64,000 bases of DNA from Tubiluchus corallicola (GCA_030141605.1 JAQGDQ010000728.1:42792-106791), one strand, 5' to 3'; counted from the stretch's first letter, positions 1 through 17,870 are shown. Numbers and translations: made by a program. The notes: generated by a model not told the origin, from the sequence alone.

Positions 1-39
1 GTCATCACTATTGTTATTTACTACTGTTTATATACGTAC

Positions 40-4560
<4,521 letters not shown>

Positions 4561-4932
4561 GATTTGGTCATCAATCAAAGTCTGCAGAAAAAACGACAAG
4601 CAACATTATTTCTAAAATAAACAACGCATATAAACACAATTAATAATATAAGTTAATGAAAGCTAAGCAAAATATTTGTTCATAAATTACACTGATAATC
4701 AATAATACGCAAATATTTTACCTAGTGCCTTGCCGAAAGACCATTAACAAAGTAATTCGCTGATATAAAGTTATAAATAAGAATTGCAAGCAAGAGTATA
4801 ATTCCCCAAAAAGGAACCTGAAACTAATTCGAAACTAATACATTGCAAAATGTATAAATTACTAACAATTTTTCTTCCATTTTTCAAGTGAGAGTGCTGC
4901 TAGCTCTCATAAACTTACTTTACGAATTTCCT

Positions 4933-5108
4933 TGTGCCACTTTTACCTGACATTTTATCTGTGCCATTTTTACCTCACATTTTACACGTGCCACTTTTAC
5001 CTGACACTTTACATGTGCCATTTTTACCTGACATTTTGCATGTGCCATTTTACCTGACATTTTACATGTGCACTTTTTACCTGACATTTTACATGTGCCA
5101 TTTTTACC
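4933..5108. repeat. ~27-bp minisatellite, ~6 copies
   Basis: Unit gtgccatttttacctgacattttacat. Confidence 0.9.
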
Positions 5109-5509
5109 GTCTACTGATGAGTACTTAAAGGTTATCAGTTGCTCAAAAACTCAAGTGACATTGACGCCTTATTATGTGGTTCGCAAAATCCTCAATTTAT
5201 ACACATTAGAGATGTTGTCATCTGCATATTTTAACTGTACAAAACATTTTATCCCACTTTAAAGGCACCGTGCATGATAAAAGAACGCGAACAGGATAAG
5301 TGCAAAATCAAGAAAAAGCTGAATTTGCACTCAAAGCATTCTCTTTTCTTCTTACCGATTAGCTTTAAGTTTTGGAACAGTTAAGCCTGAAAGTGTTAAA
5401 CAAGTCAGGTGTACATAGAGGTTTATATAAAAACAATTTGTAGAGATGATATGTTAATGTACAATGTAATTTTCTTGCGAACGCCGTCTTAGTTTATGAA
5501 GACAAAATT

Positions 5510-7010
5510 AAAAGTAAAATAAATACAAATGTTAGTAAAGTTAATAAAGGAAAAACTGAAATGAATACGATACTTAGTAAGGTTAATAAAATAAAAACTG
5601 AAGTAAATACAAAACTTAGCAAGGTTAGTAAAATAAAAACTGAAATGAATACAAAACTTAGTAAGGTTAAGAAAATAAAAACTGAAATGAATACAAAACT
5701 TAGTAAGGTTAAGAAAATAAAAACTGAAATGAATACAAAACTTAGTAAGGTTAGTAAAATAAAAACTGAAATGAATACAAAACTTAGTAAGGTTAAGAAA
5801 ATAAAAACTGAAATGAGTACAAAACTTAGCAAGGTCAGTAAAATAAAAACTGAAATGAATACAAAACTTAGTAAGGTTAAGAAAATAAAAACTGAAATGA
5901 ATACAAAACTTAGCAAGGTTAGTAAAATAAAAACTGAAATGAATACAAAACTTAGTAAGGTTAAGAAAATAAAAACTGAAATGAGTACAAAACTTAGCAA
6001 GGTTAATAAAATAAAAACTGAAATGACTGCAAAACTTAGTAAAGTTAATAAAATAAAAACTGAAGTACTACAAAACTTAGTAAGGTTAGTAAAATAAAAA
6101 CTGAAATGAATACAAAACTTAGTAAGGTTAATAAAATAAAAACTGAAATGAACACAAAACTTAGTAAGGTTAATAAAATAAAAACTGAAATGAGTACAAA
6201 ACTTAGTAAGGTTAGTAAAATAAAAACTGAAATGAATACAAAACTTAGTAAGGTTAATAAAATAAAAACTGAAGTACTACAAAACTTAGTAAGGTTAATA
6301 AAATAAAAACTGAAATGAATACAAAACTTAGTAAGGTTAAGAAAATAAAAACTGAAATGAATACAAAACTTAGTAAGGTTAGTAAAATAAAAACTGAAAT
6401 GAATACAAAACTTAGTAAGGTTAAGAAAATAAAAACTGAAATGAATACAAAACTTAGTAAGGTTAATAAAATAAAAACTGAAATGAATACAAAACTTAGT
6501 AAGGTTAATAAAATAAAAACTGAAATGAGTACAAAATTTAGCAAGGTTAATAAAATAAAAACTGAAATGACTGCAAAACTTAGTAAAGTTAATAAAATAA
6601 AAACTGAAGTACTACAAAACTTAGTAAGGTTAGTAAAATAAAAACTGAAATGAATACAAAACTTAGTAAGGTTAGTAAAATAAAAACTGAAATGAATACA
6701 AAACTTAGTAAGGTTAGTAAAATAAAAACTGAAATGAATACAAAACTTAGTAAGGTTAAGAAAATAAAAACTGAAATGAATACAAAACTTAGCAAGGTTA
6801 ATAAAATAAAAACTGAAATGAATACAAAACTTAGTAACGTTAAGAAAATAAAAACTGAAATGAATACAAAACTTAGCAAGGTTAATAAAATTAAAACTGA
6901 AATGACTGCAAAACTTAGTAAGGTTAGTAAAATTAAAACTGAAATGACTACAAAACTTAGCAAGGTTAATAAAATAAAAACTCAAATAAACACAAAACTT
7001 ATTAATCAAA
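5510..7010. repeat. 42-bp AT-rich satellite array, ~35 copies
   Basis: Unit aaataaaaactgaaatgaatacaaaacttagtaaggttaata; produces the false 14-aa repeat ORFs. Confidence 0.95.
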
Positions 7011-8004
7011 TAAAAATTGAAAGTTTATTACCAACTACATAGTGACTTACCTATTTACCTTCAACGTTTTTTTCAAAAGACTGATGCAAGACGGACGCGT
7101 TCACATGATTTTATACTAACCTTCCACTTTTGTATGTCTAGCCTACATGCCAGTATCGTGAAAATATTTACAAAATAATAAACGTTTAGTCACTACATGC
7201 CAAGTGAAATAAGTAAACATTAATAAAAACAGTTTAAACGTCCTAGTTAGGCCTACACTATAGCTATTCGTTTTTTTTCTGTTTGTCTGTTTGTTCTTCC
7301 TGGCTAATTTAAGAACATTTTTGCGGAACTTCGCCGTTTAGGTATAGGATTAAGTTTGTCGGGCAAAGATGTGCATGTCATTAAATCAGTAAGTTACATA
7401 CGTGATTATGAAATTATTATGGATTCATATTTTAGTGTAGGAATAGCATAATTAGCTTTCGTATGTATAAGTTACAAGTTATAAGTTTATTTATTTCCAC
7501 TCTGCATCTAACAGTTATAATAAATATACAGATAATTTCCCACTGAAGTAAATATAAATATAAATACAGTATTATCCAGAAATTACAAGAGATTCTTATG
7601 CAGCCTATACAAGTGCAAATTACATTACAGAATAATTTTGATGCATACAGTTTGAGCCTAAAAGCATAGCTTGACAGGCCAAACTGTACGTGGAAATCTT
7701 AAAGAAATGATTAATAATTGAAATAATAATAATATATACATAAAAGTGGGGGTGAATGAAAGATGAAATGGAGCGAGAACTAAGAAAAACTGTTATCATG
7801 ATTATAAAGTGTTCAGTAACCTGTTGAGCATAGTCACGTTTTATTAAAATTACTGTAGAAAAAGAATGCAGGTGATTACCATTATCAAACGGTGTTACTC
7901 TCAATACCTTTGAAATATTTCTTTTCTGACGGTTTTTTTTTAATCCAATGTGCTTTGCGGTCTGAGATGAACTCCATATCCAATGAAGCAAAATGAACTC
8001 CTGT

Positions 8005-8231
8005 ATAATGCCACGCGTGCCATTTTGGCCGCCAATATTGGGAAGCTGATCTATACTGACATAATGCCACGCGTGCCATTTTGGCCGCCAATATTGGGAA
8101 GCTGATCTAAACTGACATAATGCCACGCATGCCATTTTGGCCGCCAATATTGGGAAGCTGATCTAAACTGACATAATGCCACGCATGCCATTTTGGCCGC
8201 CGATATTTGGAAGCTGATCTAAACTGGCATA
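8005..8231. repeat. 56-bp tandem repeat, 4 copies
   Basis: Unit ataatgccacgcRtgccattttggccgccaatattgggaagctgatctaWactgac. Confidence 0.9.
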
Positions 8232-8409
8232 GCCCAAAAATTACCTAAGAGCCGGCCGTGCAACCACATTTGTGGTATGCTATAGTACACGGAGTGCATA
8301 ATTTTTTAATACATTTTGACTGCTATTTGGGTTGCCTTAACCACTCTGCCACCCGTACTGACCCAAAAGAGCTCTCATACTTTGTGTATTGAAAGAGGGA
8401 GGTACGTTC

Positions 8410-8725
8410 AACGTAGAAAAATCCAGGCTGAGAATCGTATAATTATGCTCATACTATTTAAGAATTGAAATCGAAGACGAATTACACTTTGTTATAAAAT
8501 GCTCATATTAGAATGATCTTAGAGAAAATTATATAATCAATGTAATTAAAACCAGAATTTTTCTTAATAGAAGATGCTGATAAATTTTTCTTCTTGATGG
8601 GAAGTAATGATTTAGAAGTAATTAAGATATTTATTGATTATGTTGAAAAAGTGTTTTTAAGACATGATGAACAATGTACTATGTAATGATCTTATCATTG
8701 AAAATGAGGCCTAATAAATGACGAT
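8410..8725 (+). mobile_element. Decayed non-LTR retrotransposon 3' end (zinc-knuckle region)
   Basis: Interrupted frame ...EIEDELHFVIKC... resembles the LINE ORF2 C-terminal knuckle. Confidence 0.5.
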
Positions 8726-8849
8726 TTATTTTAAATATTAAATCATTAAACTTTTCATTTAAATAACTAACAGGAAGATTTCATAATATTTGTTTTATCA
8801 GTAATTGTTTTGTTTGTCTGCAGTGCCATTATATTTGAAAAGAATGAGA

Positions 8850-8850
<1 letters not shown>

Positions 8851-8882
<32 letters not shown>

Positions 8883-8950
8883 GGTGGTGTTGGTGGTTGT
8901 TGTTGTTGTTGTTGTTGTTGTCGTCGTCGTCGTCGTCGTTGTTGTTGTAT
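8851..8950. repeat. (GTT/GGT/CGT)n microsatellite
   Basis: Direct reading. Confidence 0.9.
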
Positions 8951-9341
8951 TATTTTATTTCTTGTATTGTATGTATTTTTGACACTAACAAATATAAATA
9001 TGAATACATATAGATTCTGCACTCAAACACAGTTCTTGGTGTGATGTGGACAGTTCATGTAGATTATAACGTATAAAACAAATGTGTATAATTTCCCGAA
9101 TCTCTTTTATTTGCAGAAAATGGTTAAAATCTCGGAAAAATCCAAATTCAGTTTAAACCACTTTCAAATCACTTACGCATCTTTGTGTTAAGCTTTTGCT
9201 TCTGTAAATTACAACAATTAATATATTTACGCGTATTTATCTGTTGTAAAAATACCCTAGCTGATTGCGTTTTTAAATCTGTTTGATATAAAGATAAAAA
9301 TGATAAAAAATAATAAATCATCGTCATCATCACGTTTCTCG

Positions 9342-10493
9342 TTAACAGTTTGTTTTGCGTTCAAAGATTTTTGATCTGATGGCACGAAGTTTTGAATGGC
9401 TGCGCTTCCTTTCAGCTAGATGGTCCTTCGACTTTTCGTTTGTCATTCTAGATGCTTCTGCCATTTCTTCCAGACGTCGGAGTTCCTCTGACTCATATAT
9501 GTTCTTAACATGTATAGGTGATTTCTCGCTGCTTCCGGAGCTGTTGCTGATGATATCGTCTTGATGCTGAGGTTGTTTGTCTTTCTGTCCTTGTGCCATG
9601 GACATCATTTCTTCAAACTCCAATCTGCTGTACACATTAGCACTAGCACGTCTGTCGTAGGCTGCCCAATAAAACTGATCAGGCTGAGTTTTCGGTTTGG
9701 ATTCACTGACATCAGATACGCTAGAAAGAGGTGCTTCCTCGATGGCGTTCCCTACCGGTGATCCTTCACACGTAGCTTCCTCAACTGCGTCTCCTGCATT
9801 CATACGTGCCCGCCTTGGAATCTCTATAGGTACGATGTCTTCTGACAGAGAAGACAAGGTCGACCTTCTCTCGCCAGAACCAAACTGCTTCTTCTGCATC
9901 AAGAGTGCCGGAGCATTTGGTGGCAATGGTGCATCGTTAATGTCTGTCTTCTTTTCTGGAACTGTTTTCGCTGTGTCGCTTTTAACTTTCACTGATGTCA
10001 AGCTCAACTTCAACGTTTCAACAGTGGATTTGCTTTCGATTTTGTTTATTTCCACGTCACTTTTCACTCCGCCGAGCTCAGTTGTGTCACTGGCTTCAAG
10101 AGATACGTTGGCATTGTCTTTTCTGTCTTGCGTAACGTCAAACTCAGGTGTTTTTTCAGCGTGGTTGACTTTAGCATCGTACGCTTCAGCAGCTGCAATG
10201 ACGTCATAGGAATCAATACCCTTGTTGCATAAAATCGATATTTCATCGGGATCAGGTTTTTCTGCATTTTCAAACTCTTTCTCGTTTTCTTTTAAAGGGT
10301 CTTCTATTTCTCGAGTTATCACATCTTCTAGACACTCATCTACAAAGATGTAACTTGAGCTTATTGCACAACAGTTGTTCTCGTTTAAATTCTTTTTCAT
10401 GTTTTGATCCGTGCACGTAGTTGGTTCAGTAGCTGCTTGAGTGAAATCAGAATTATGCTTTTGTTCATTCCGAAAAACTGGTTCATCTGACAC
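9342..10493 (-). CDS. Gene B terminal exon (cytoplasmic low-complexity tail)
   Basis: CTTTCAG acceptor, 1152-bp open frame VSDEPVF...ERKTNC*. Confidence 0.9.
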   Translation of the reverse strand: MSDEPVFRNEQKHNSDFTQAATEPTTCTDQNMKKNLNENNCCAISSSYIFVDECLEDVITREIEDPLKENEKEFENAEKPDPDEISILCNKGIDSYDVIAAAEAYDAKVNHAEKTPEFDVTQDRKDNANVSLEASDTTELGGVKSDVEINKIESKSTVETLKLSLTSVKVKSDTAKTVPEKKTDINDAPLPPNAPALLMQKKQFGSGERRSTLSSLSEDIVPIEIPRRARMNAGDAVEEATCEGSPVGNAIEEAPLSSVSDVSESKPKTQPDQFYWAAYDRRASANVYSRLEFEEMMSMAQGQKDKQPQHQDDIISNSSGSSEKSPIHVKNIYESEELRRLEEMAEASRMTNEKSKDHLAERKRSHSKLRAIRSKIFERKTNC

Positions 10494-10710
10494 CTGAAAG
10501 AGAAAGAGAATTACGTTGTTATGCTTATTTTTCAACTCACAGTAACTTCGGAGTAAACAAATCAATGTACTTGAAAAGAGGGTTTCTGAATATAACAGCT
10601 CTAGTTGCTGTTGCTGTAACTTTGGTAGTCATCGTCGTCGTCGTCCTCGTTGCTCTTGTTGTTGTAGTTGTTGTTGTTGTTGTTGTTGTTGTTGTTGCTG
10701 CTGCTGCTAC

Positions 10711-10755
<45 letters not shown>

Positions 10756-10884
10756 AACTTTGGTTGTCGTCGTCATCGTCGTTGCTATTGTTGTTGTTGT
10801 TGTCGTTGTTGTTGTTGCTCTCGTTGCTGTCGTTGTTGTAGTTGTTGTCATTGTTGTCGTTGTTGTCGTTGTTGTCGTTGTTGT

Positions 10885-10921
<37 letters not shown>

Positions 10922-10981
10922 GATGCTGCTGCTGCTGTTGCTGTTGCTGTAACTTTGTTGTTGTTGTTGGTGTTGCTATTG

Positions 10982-11012
<31 letters not shown>

Positions 11013-14000
11013 AGTTATTTTTGTCGCTGTCGTCATTGCCTCGTGATTCATTAAACATTATTTGTTTATAATAAATATTACAGACGATACGTGATGTAAG
11101 TGTGAAGGAAATCCATCACCACTACCTGCCTCATATAGCAAGATTCAAGCTGCGGATCTTCTAGGCCTGTTCTTATATTCTCTAAGATTAAAATCAAGGT
11201 AAAATTCCATCTCGAACAATTTACTTACATCAGTTAAACTCCAGCCTTGATCAGCTGTTCCATATTTGCTGCGCACAACTGCAAATAAAACCAGAAAAAT
11301 TATTTTAAATACCTTCATAGGTTTCCACAAATTTCCACAAAAATTAGCACCAAAGGAACGAAACTGTATTGATACAATGTAAGCTCATTTCAGGTATTAT
11401 TATCGACAAATTTTAAATCATAATAATATCGATAAAAAGCTTAGATTGACTAGACATTTTTGTACCATAACTGTAAGGAGCACAATCTCCGGAAATGCTG
11501 CTGTTACAACGTGCATCTATTACCGTCTCTCTTAAAGGTAAGAAAACAGGAATTTTAAACTATATATCAAAAAACTTTCTATACAAAGTTACATTGCTTA
11601 GCATTACGCTTGGCAGTTTAAAAGACTTGTGTTATTGAAGATAAAAACTCTTAATAATCTAATATATTCGTGCTGTTATGTAAAACGGTACTGCATCGCC
11701 ATCCCAGTGTGCACCACTGATTCACCAAAAAAACGCATTGATTTTATTGACAATGTAAGGTCATGATTATTTATTGACTATGCGCACATATCTGAAATAA
11801 CATGCTGTATGCTAGCGTCTGCTGCTGGGTAGGAAAGCACTGTTTCTATCACAGTAATAATTGCCACGTGCTTACCGTGTACCATCATATTCTTGGATAT
11901 GATAAAGCGTAAACTTAGCGTGTGTGCTTAAACAAAAATTATTTAATAATGGACGCTTTGCTTCGTAAAGAAATTAGTTCTGTGATTATAAGTGAACTAC
12001 AACAGCTTAATTTTTCACAGTTGTCTCTCCATGAGAAAGTTGCAGTTAAGAAAAGTGGCCGTTCAACACCCGATACTCAAATATAACTACAACATTAAAA
12101 TTACATGTGTCTGTTACATTTTAAACAGTATTGAAGTAATGGCTAAAAATTTTCTGAAGCAGCACCCCCCCTAATTTTAGCTGCGAGCCGCCACTGACCT
12201 CCCCGTTCAGTGAAATTGTGTAACTTACCAAATACAAACAAACCTACTCTAAAGTGTTTATCAAGATTTTGAAGACTAGATAGAAATTTTATCGAATCTA
12301 TAAAATTTATTAAGAGTTTAAACATTCTTACCATGCCTTTGCGGTTTTGCTTTAAACACGTAACTTGAGTTGCAAATTCGTGTCCTGCAAATAGTTTTAT
12401 GCTTTAGCGTAAAATTGTAGACGAAATTTTTATAAGTTTGTTTTATTACAACTATAACGTTCAATTACGTCAGTACTATACTAATCACGTCACGTAATCA
12501 AGAATTAATTGAAAAACAGTCTGTGTTGTTGAAAATAACTAAAATTCATTAGTAAGACAAGGAAGCTTTCACAGCAAAACATGCGTTGCAGAAGTATTTG
12601 GTCTTCCATGTCTATAACAGGCGATAACTAGTAAAAAAACACGTTAAATTGAAAATAATGTAAAAATAATGTAGCACAATTTTAAAGTAAAACCAGATCT
12701 AATCTTAATTTACTTGTTAAAACAATCTACTCTTTAAAATATTGAAATAAAACATACTATTTTTTCAAAAATGAGTTACGTGAAAGAATTATTAACACAA
12801 TTTTGCGTTCGCGCCACGAGTTCCTCACTGTTACATGCATTTCACCATTCGCTAGTTAGACTGGCAGTAGCACCTGCATTTCAGAAACGCATTGCAGAAA
12901 AACAGTTGCTGTACCTCTCAGTTCAGATGTGTCAGTTTGTGACGAAGTACCATGTTCGACAGCTCATCTGTGAGTACAGCGGTAAATTTGAAATTTGAAT
13001 TTTTATCTTAAAACATGCCTAGTTTTAGTACAACGCACTGAATATCTTACAGTGGCACTTTGCTTCAATTTTCGCTTTCGCATACACGTGCAAGACGCTC
13101 ATGGAATATTTTTGATGTTGAAAATTAAGTTAGTTTGTGATGTCATCAATAGTTGGGCTCGCCAGCCGTTAATTAAGTTTTTAATCTATTATTTAATTAT
13201 CAGAAACGCTTTTGCAGTATTAATTGTGTTAAAATGTATACTTTTTATCGGACTTGAAAATTGGGTAGTATACGATAAGTCATCTTGTCTTCCTTTACGA
13301 ATACAAACTTCCATATTATACTGGATTAACGTATTTACCTGACGCAGACGAATATCAAGACGATTAGTAGGATTATGAACAAAGCTGCCAAAGCCACGCA
13401 ACTGAATGTAATCACGTTATCAGGCTCAACCTCCAAGGTTATAATTTTGCCTAAAAAGACGAAGAAATTGAATAGGACAATTTATTTGTTTACTATGTTT
13501 GTCTGTAAGTCTGTTGCTCATGACAATAGTAATTTGCCCTGAAATGTTCTAAGTTGCCTATATTACAAATTTGTTCAATAGAAGTGCAAACTACATAATT
13601 GCGTAATAATTGCGCATAATTGACTACATAATTGCGTAAAATTATGTAAGATATAAACTATCAAAATTTATTAAAAATCAAACTATTTACACTTATAGAT
13701 CTACGTGTTTATGCCTGTATTTATATTTATACGTATTTTTATTCTATATAACATACAGAGTGTCAGCCTCGCTATACATAATCACAAGTAGGTGTAAACG
13801 CATTTTTTAATACGTTAAGCATTATTATATTTTCTTTAGTTTGTTTGTAGGATCTGTAATAAGCCAATTTATTTTTATCGAATTTATGCAATTCGTTATA
13901 AGTGGGTAAAACGTTTAATAATCAGAAAGTTCTGTGGTGTTGACTCATATTTGCTGCGAAGTTTAGTAACTAAAGTTTAATTTACAGTTCTTTTTCAGCT

Positions 14001-14943
14001 TTTAAGAGTTATTTATTTCTTAACCAATCTATTTTCTTGCACAGGGAATCCAAGTGTAATCTGACTGCTTACATGTCATTCAGCTATCTGAAAGCTTTTG
14101 AAGTTAAATGTTGTATGCTCTATATACAACATATATAAACGTTATATACAATAATATAATAATGTGTGATATCGTACTACATAATATGAAATCAGGCCTG
14201 TGATAATCATATCGCGTGTCTTGCATAAAAGTTACAATACGGCAGTAAATTAACATTAGGATCAACTACACGAGAATCCAGAGCATTCCACGTGCATTAG
14301 AACTCTGTTAGCATATGAAAATTTTGAGGCGTTTAACATCGCAAAAGACATGAATAGTTTAAAGTTGTGACCACGCAAGTGATAGGTTGAAGCATACAGG
14401 AAAATAATCATCAAAATGAAAACTCATCATTTTATTACAAATTTTGTATGCCATTTTAAGATAAGAGACAAAGCGTCTTAATTCGGGAGACTGCTATTTG
14501 AATTCAGATAGCCTATCTAAGCAAGAAACATAATTAAACTGACACCATTAGTACAACCTACGGGAAAAATATCTCTGGGCTTTTTCTTTTTCTTTAGAAA
14601 ATTACCAACATTGGTTCTAGAATATAGATAAATACCGTTGATACTAGTGAATGAATTAATCTAGGATGTAAGGTTTAGGCTTACCATGTTTAGGATGTTT
14701 ATTGACAGGCACTGGTGGAAATTGTGGTTCGCTAGTACTTTTTTCTTGAGGAAGCTCATCAAAGTCCTCTTTATCGTCTCTTCTTTGCGCCTGAAGAACG
14801 TCTATAACATCCGATTCGCGTGAGACATCGGGATATTTGAGATGATTTTTAACTTTGAATTTTTCAATGCTTCTGACGTGACAGCAAGCGCACCATAGGA
14901 TGAAAATAGGAAATATTGTTTCTACGAAGCTTTGTAAGAGCAT
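9342..14943 (-). CDS. Gene B: unrecognised type-I single-pass membrane protein, ~543 aa, 5 exons
   Basis: Exons 14943-14685, 13450-13339, 12384-12332, 11181-11126, 10493-9342 are all GT-AG and phase-compatible (1,2,1,0), total 1632 bp. N-terminal signal-like segment, TM helix VITFSCVALAALFIILLIVLIFVCV, long acidic/Ser-rich tail. Confidence 0.85.
10600..11040. repeat. Compound (GTT/GCT/GTC)n microsatellite in gene B last intron
   Basis: Direct reading. Confidence 0.95.
11126..11181 (-). CDS. Gene B exon 4
   Basis: TAATCTTAG acceptor, CAG|GTAGT donor; (E)NIRTGLEDPQLESCYMRQ, phase 1-0. Confidence 0.75.
11790..12196 (-). mobile_element. Copy of the CAGTGGCGG hAT-type MITE, reverse orientation
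   Basis: Ends gcgagccgccactg; reverse complement of 26437-26840. Confidence 0.75.
12332..12384 (-). CDS. Gene B exon 3 (juxtamembrane)
   Basis: TTTGCAG acceptor, G|GTAAG donor; TRICNSSYVFKAKPQRH, phase 2-1. Confidence 0.8.
12684..13297. mobile_element. Dispersed non-autonomous DNA element with TTAAAG...CCTTTA ends (Kolobok-like)
   Basis: Reverse-complement copies at ~48605-49235 and ~52135-52594; one terminus also at ~37720-37804. Confidence 0.65.
13339..13450 (-). CDS. Gene B exon 2 (transmembrane helix)
   Basis: TCTTTTTAG acceptor, AG|GTAAAT donor; KIITLEVEPDNVITFSCVALAALFIILLIVLIFVCV. Confidence 0.85.
14685..14943 (-). CDS. Gene B exon 1 (signal peptide and short ectodomain)
   Basis: ATG at 14943, MLLQSFVETIFPIFILWCACCHVRS..., donor G|GTAAG. 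Confidence 0.8.
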
Positions 14944-16196
14944 ATTTTTCTCCTTGCTTTCGAGTTTGTAGTAAAAGTTCTGCGCGCTTTTTGCTATGGT
15001 GCTTGGTTACTAACAGCAACATTTATGAATTTTTCTGACGTCAGATAACAGATATGCAAAGAGTAGTGTAGTTACAGTAACTCCTGACAACAGTTAGATA
15101 TCTCCATTACCGCTTTAATCTATAAGGATTGATTTTCCATAGGCCTAGGAATACAGGGAGGAAATTTCACAAGAGGTTCATAAGTAATTTACCCTGAAAC
15201 TTTTCTAATTTGCCTATATTGTGAGTGATTTCAAAATAAGTGCAAAAAACGGACTACATCTGTCGCTTATTGCATCGAGTACGCGATTGTAGTATTATGT
15301 AATCCATTTAATTGTCAGTCTACTACACTAAAGTAGTGAATTAGTCTATGCTGCCATCTACAGTCGTTGTTTTACTCTAATTATACAAAGTTTGTTAGAG
15401 ATTGATTTTTGTTTCTAAATATTATTTCGTTTTGCTTTGATAGATATTCATTAATCAGTGTAATTAGATTGTTAATTTCATGCTTTAATTCTGGTTTATA
15501 TCTCTTATTCAAGTTTAAATAGAGAAAAATTATAACATTATAACACAGCTTTCTGTAAACCAATAATCTTTATTCTACTATCAAAGAAGCCAAGTAGACT
15601 TTGATTTTGGTTTGACTAGTAGTCTGTAGAGTATAGGTGACCTTTCCATTTATGGTCTGTATGCATGAATGTGATGTACCTTCCAATAGGAACTTGTATG
15701 TCTGGTCATGTGATTACAGCTTTATTCTCTCATTCATGCAAGTTTCAGTTGATCGAGAGACAGCATTGAGAAAGGAAGGAAATTTTCTACTGTTAAATAT
15801 CATATTGCTAACTTTATGACTGTTTGTTCAATCTTGTGATTGAGGTGAACATTGTCTACGTTTTCCAAAAAATGATTGCAAATTTCTACATCATCTTTAT
15901 GTAAGGTATGGAGTGAGAAAAGACATTAAGAAACAAAATATTTACACATATAGGTCTACATGCTTGTGCTTATTTATATTTTTATTCAATATAACATACA
16001 AAGAGTGTTAGAAAATGACAGCCTCGTTTTACATAAAAGTAAATACAGATATAAACGGTCAAACCAGTTTCTGTAGGCGCTTTTTACACAGTATTTTACA
16101 GGCGACTACTAATACATTCTGTGAACTATGAACTATGAATTTTATTTCACACATCAAAAAATACAATATCAAACACATTAATAAATTTTAAATAAA

Positions 16197-16613
16197 ATAA
16201 TTTGAGTAGTGCGAGGTGAGTGTACGACCATACAGTCATTAACACACTCACCTTACTTAAATGAAAAAATGATCATAGTTATGCATTGCTTCTGTGGATA
16301 ACTTAATGTAATAAGGATGAAGTAAATGATGTAATAATTTGAGTAGTGCGAGGTGAGTGTACGACCATACGGTCATTAACACACTCACCTTACTTAAATG
16401 AAAAAATGATCATAGTTATGCATTGCTTCTGTGGATAACTTAATGTAAATAAGGATGAAGTAAATGATGTAATAATTTGAGTAGTGCGAGGTGAGTGTAC
16501 GACCATACGGTCATTAACACACTCACCTTACTTAAATGAAAAAATGATTATAGTTATGAGTTGCTTCTGTGGATAACTTAATGTAAATAAGGATGAAGTA
16601 AATGATGTAATAA
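16197..16613. repeat. Three tandem ~138-bp copies, probably a LINE 3' UTR segment
   Basis: Near-identical units, each with the hairpin aggtgagtgt...acactcacct; adjacent (gaactat)n tail. Confidence 0.85.
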
Positions 16614-17703
16614 TAGCAATGGTATAAAAGCAATAAACCTGAAAGTTGAGAAAGGAAAACATAATATGTAATCACGACTTTGAGTGAGCCTTAAAGAGTG
16701 AAAATTTCTTTTTAAATAGTTACGAATATGAATTATGTGATTATCTGTCAATGTACCACTTACTTGTATTACAATGCACCATATTACTTACTTGTATATA
16801 CAATGATATGCATATACACATATATGTACCCAAATTTAAGTGGGGGAGAAGAGAGTGGGGTTTTAAGAACTAGTTTAGCTTTTCTTTCATGTTAAATATT
16901 ATTATAACAAAATTTCTCATTATAACAGATGATATTATAGCAAAACGTTCTGCTCATTCGTTAAATCATGTCTTTCACAAAGCTTAAGTTCACATAATTT
17001 TTGTTCTAATTTTTACATGTTTAAACTGTTCTAACTTTTAGTAACGTCTGTAAGAACTTTGTAATACTTGTAGCTAAATGCGATTATCCTGTCTTTTACA
17101 AATCCGAATAAAGCCTTGCTTGTAGAAAAAGCCTATCAGTAACAAACTGCACAAATGTATTGCCTTATACAGCATTTGAATTGATTTGAATTGAATACGG
17201 AGCTTGGAGATTTTATTTGATTACGTTAAAATATTGTGCACATTGTCATGTTAAGCAATATGACATTTACTTCAAGGCTCTTTTCACTGATTGTTGTCAG
17301 AAATGAAAAAGATTAACGACTGGAGAAAAAGAAATGAGTAATGACGTCATTCCCATTGAGAAACCAACTTGAATCGTAAGCTTGCCACTGTTCACTTCTG
17401 ACAATCAGAGATGTGAATAACCTATAGTAAAACGAGTGTTGGTTCACTCAAATGCTCTTTACAATAGTTAGTTTAAACATGATTTATTATAGGATTGGAT
17501 CAGACAGTTTGAACAACATGATTTAGGATCCTCACCATAACAGACTTTATACATTATTTGCAAGAACGTTTACAGTAAGAATAGACTATAACTGCACAAG
17601 CTGACACGTTTTACTACAAGATTACATTAGACATTAGTAGAAAATGACGGTTAGAAAATATTAATGTACGAATATTTAAGATGCATTTCATGTCAGGTAG
17701 AAA

Positions 17704-17870
17704 CTACTGGAAGCGTTTAGTACGTAATATAAAGTCATGTATACATTGGAATATTTTACAGTTAGCAACATAGTTAAATTCATCTTTTCCGAATAATAAC
17801 AACTCCAACAGATCATTAGTTCCTAAGGCAGCTATATTAAGGTTTTCGGGCAGAAGTATTTCATTTACAA
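17704..17870 (-). mobile_element. CR1/L2-group LINE ORF2 C-terminal fragment
   Basis: LLELLLFGKDEF..N.KIFQCIHDFILRTKRF resembles the common LINE ORF2 terminus. Confidence 0.65.

Noticed and set aside
5494-7042. Long ORFs with KIKTEMNTKLSKV repeats
   Set aside because: Translation of a 42-bp satellite, open on both strands and frameshifted by 41-bp units
11145-11330. 61-aa ORF resembling a signal peptide plus RPRR furin site
   Set aside because: Overlaps gene B intron and exon 4 in another frame and stops three residues after the site; the spliced reading explains the region better
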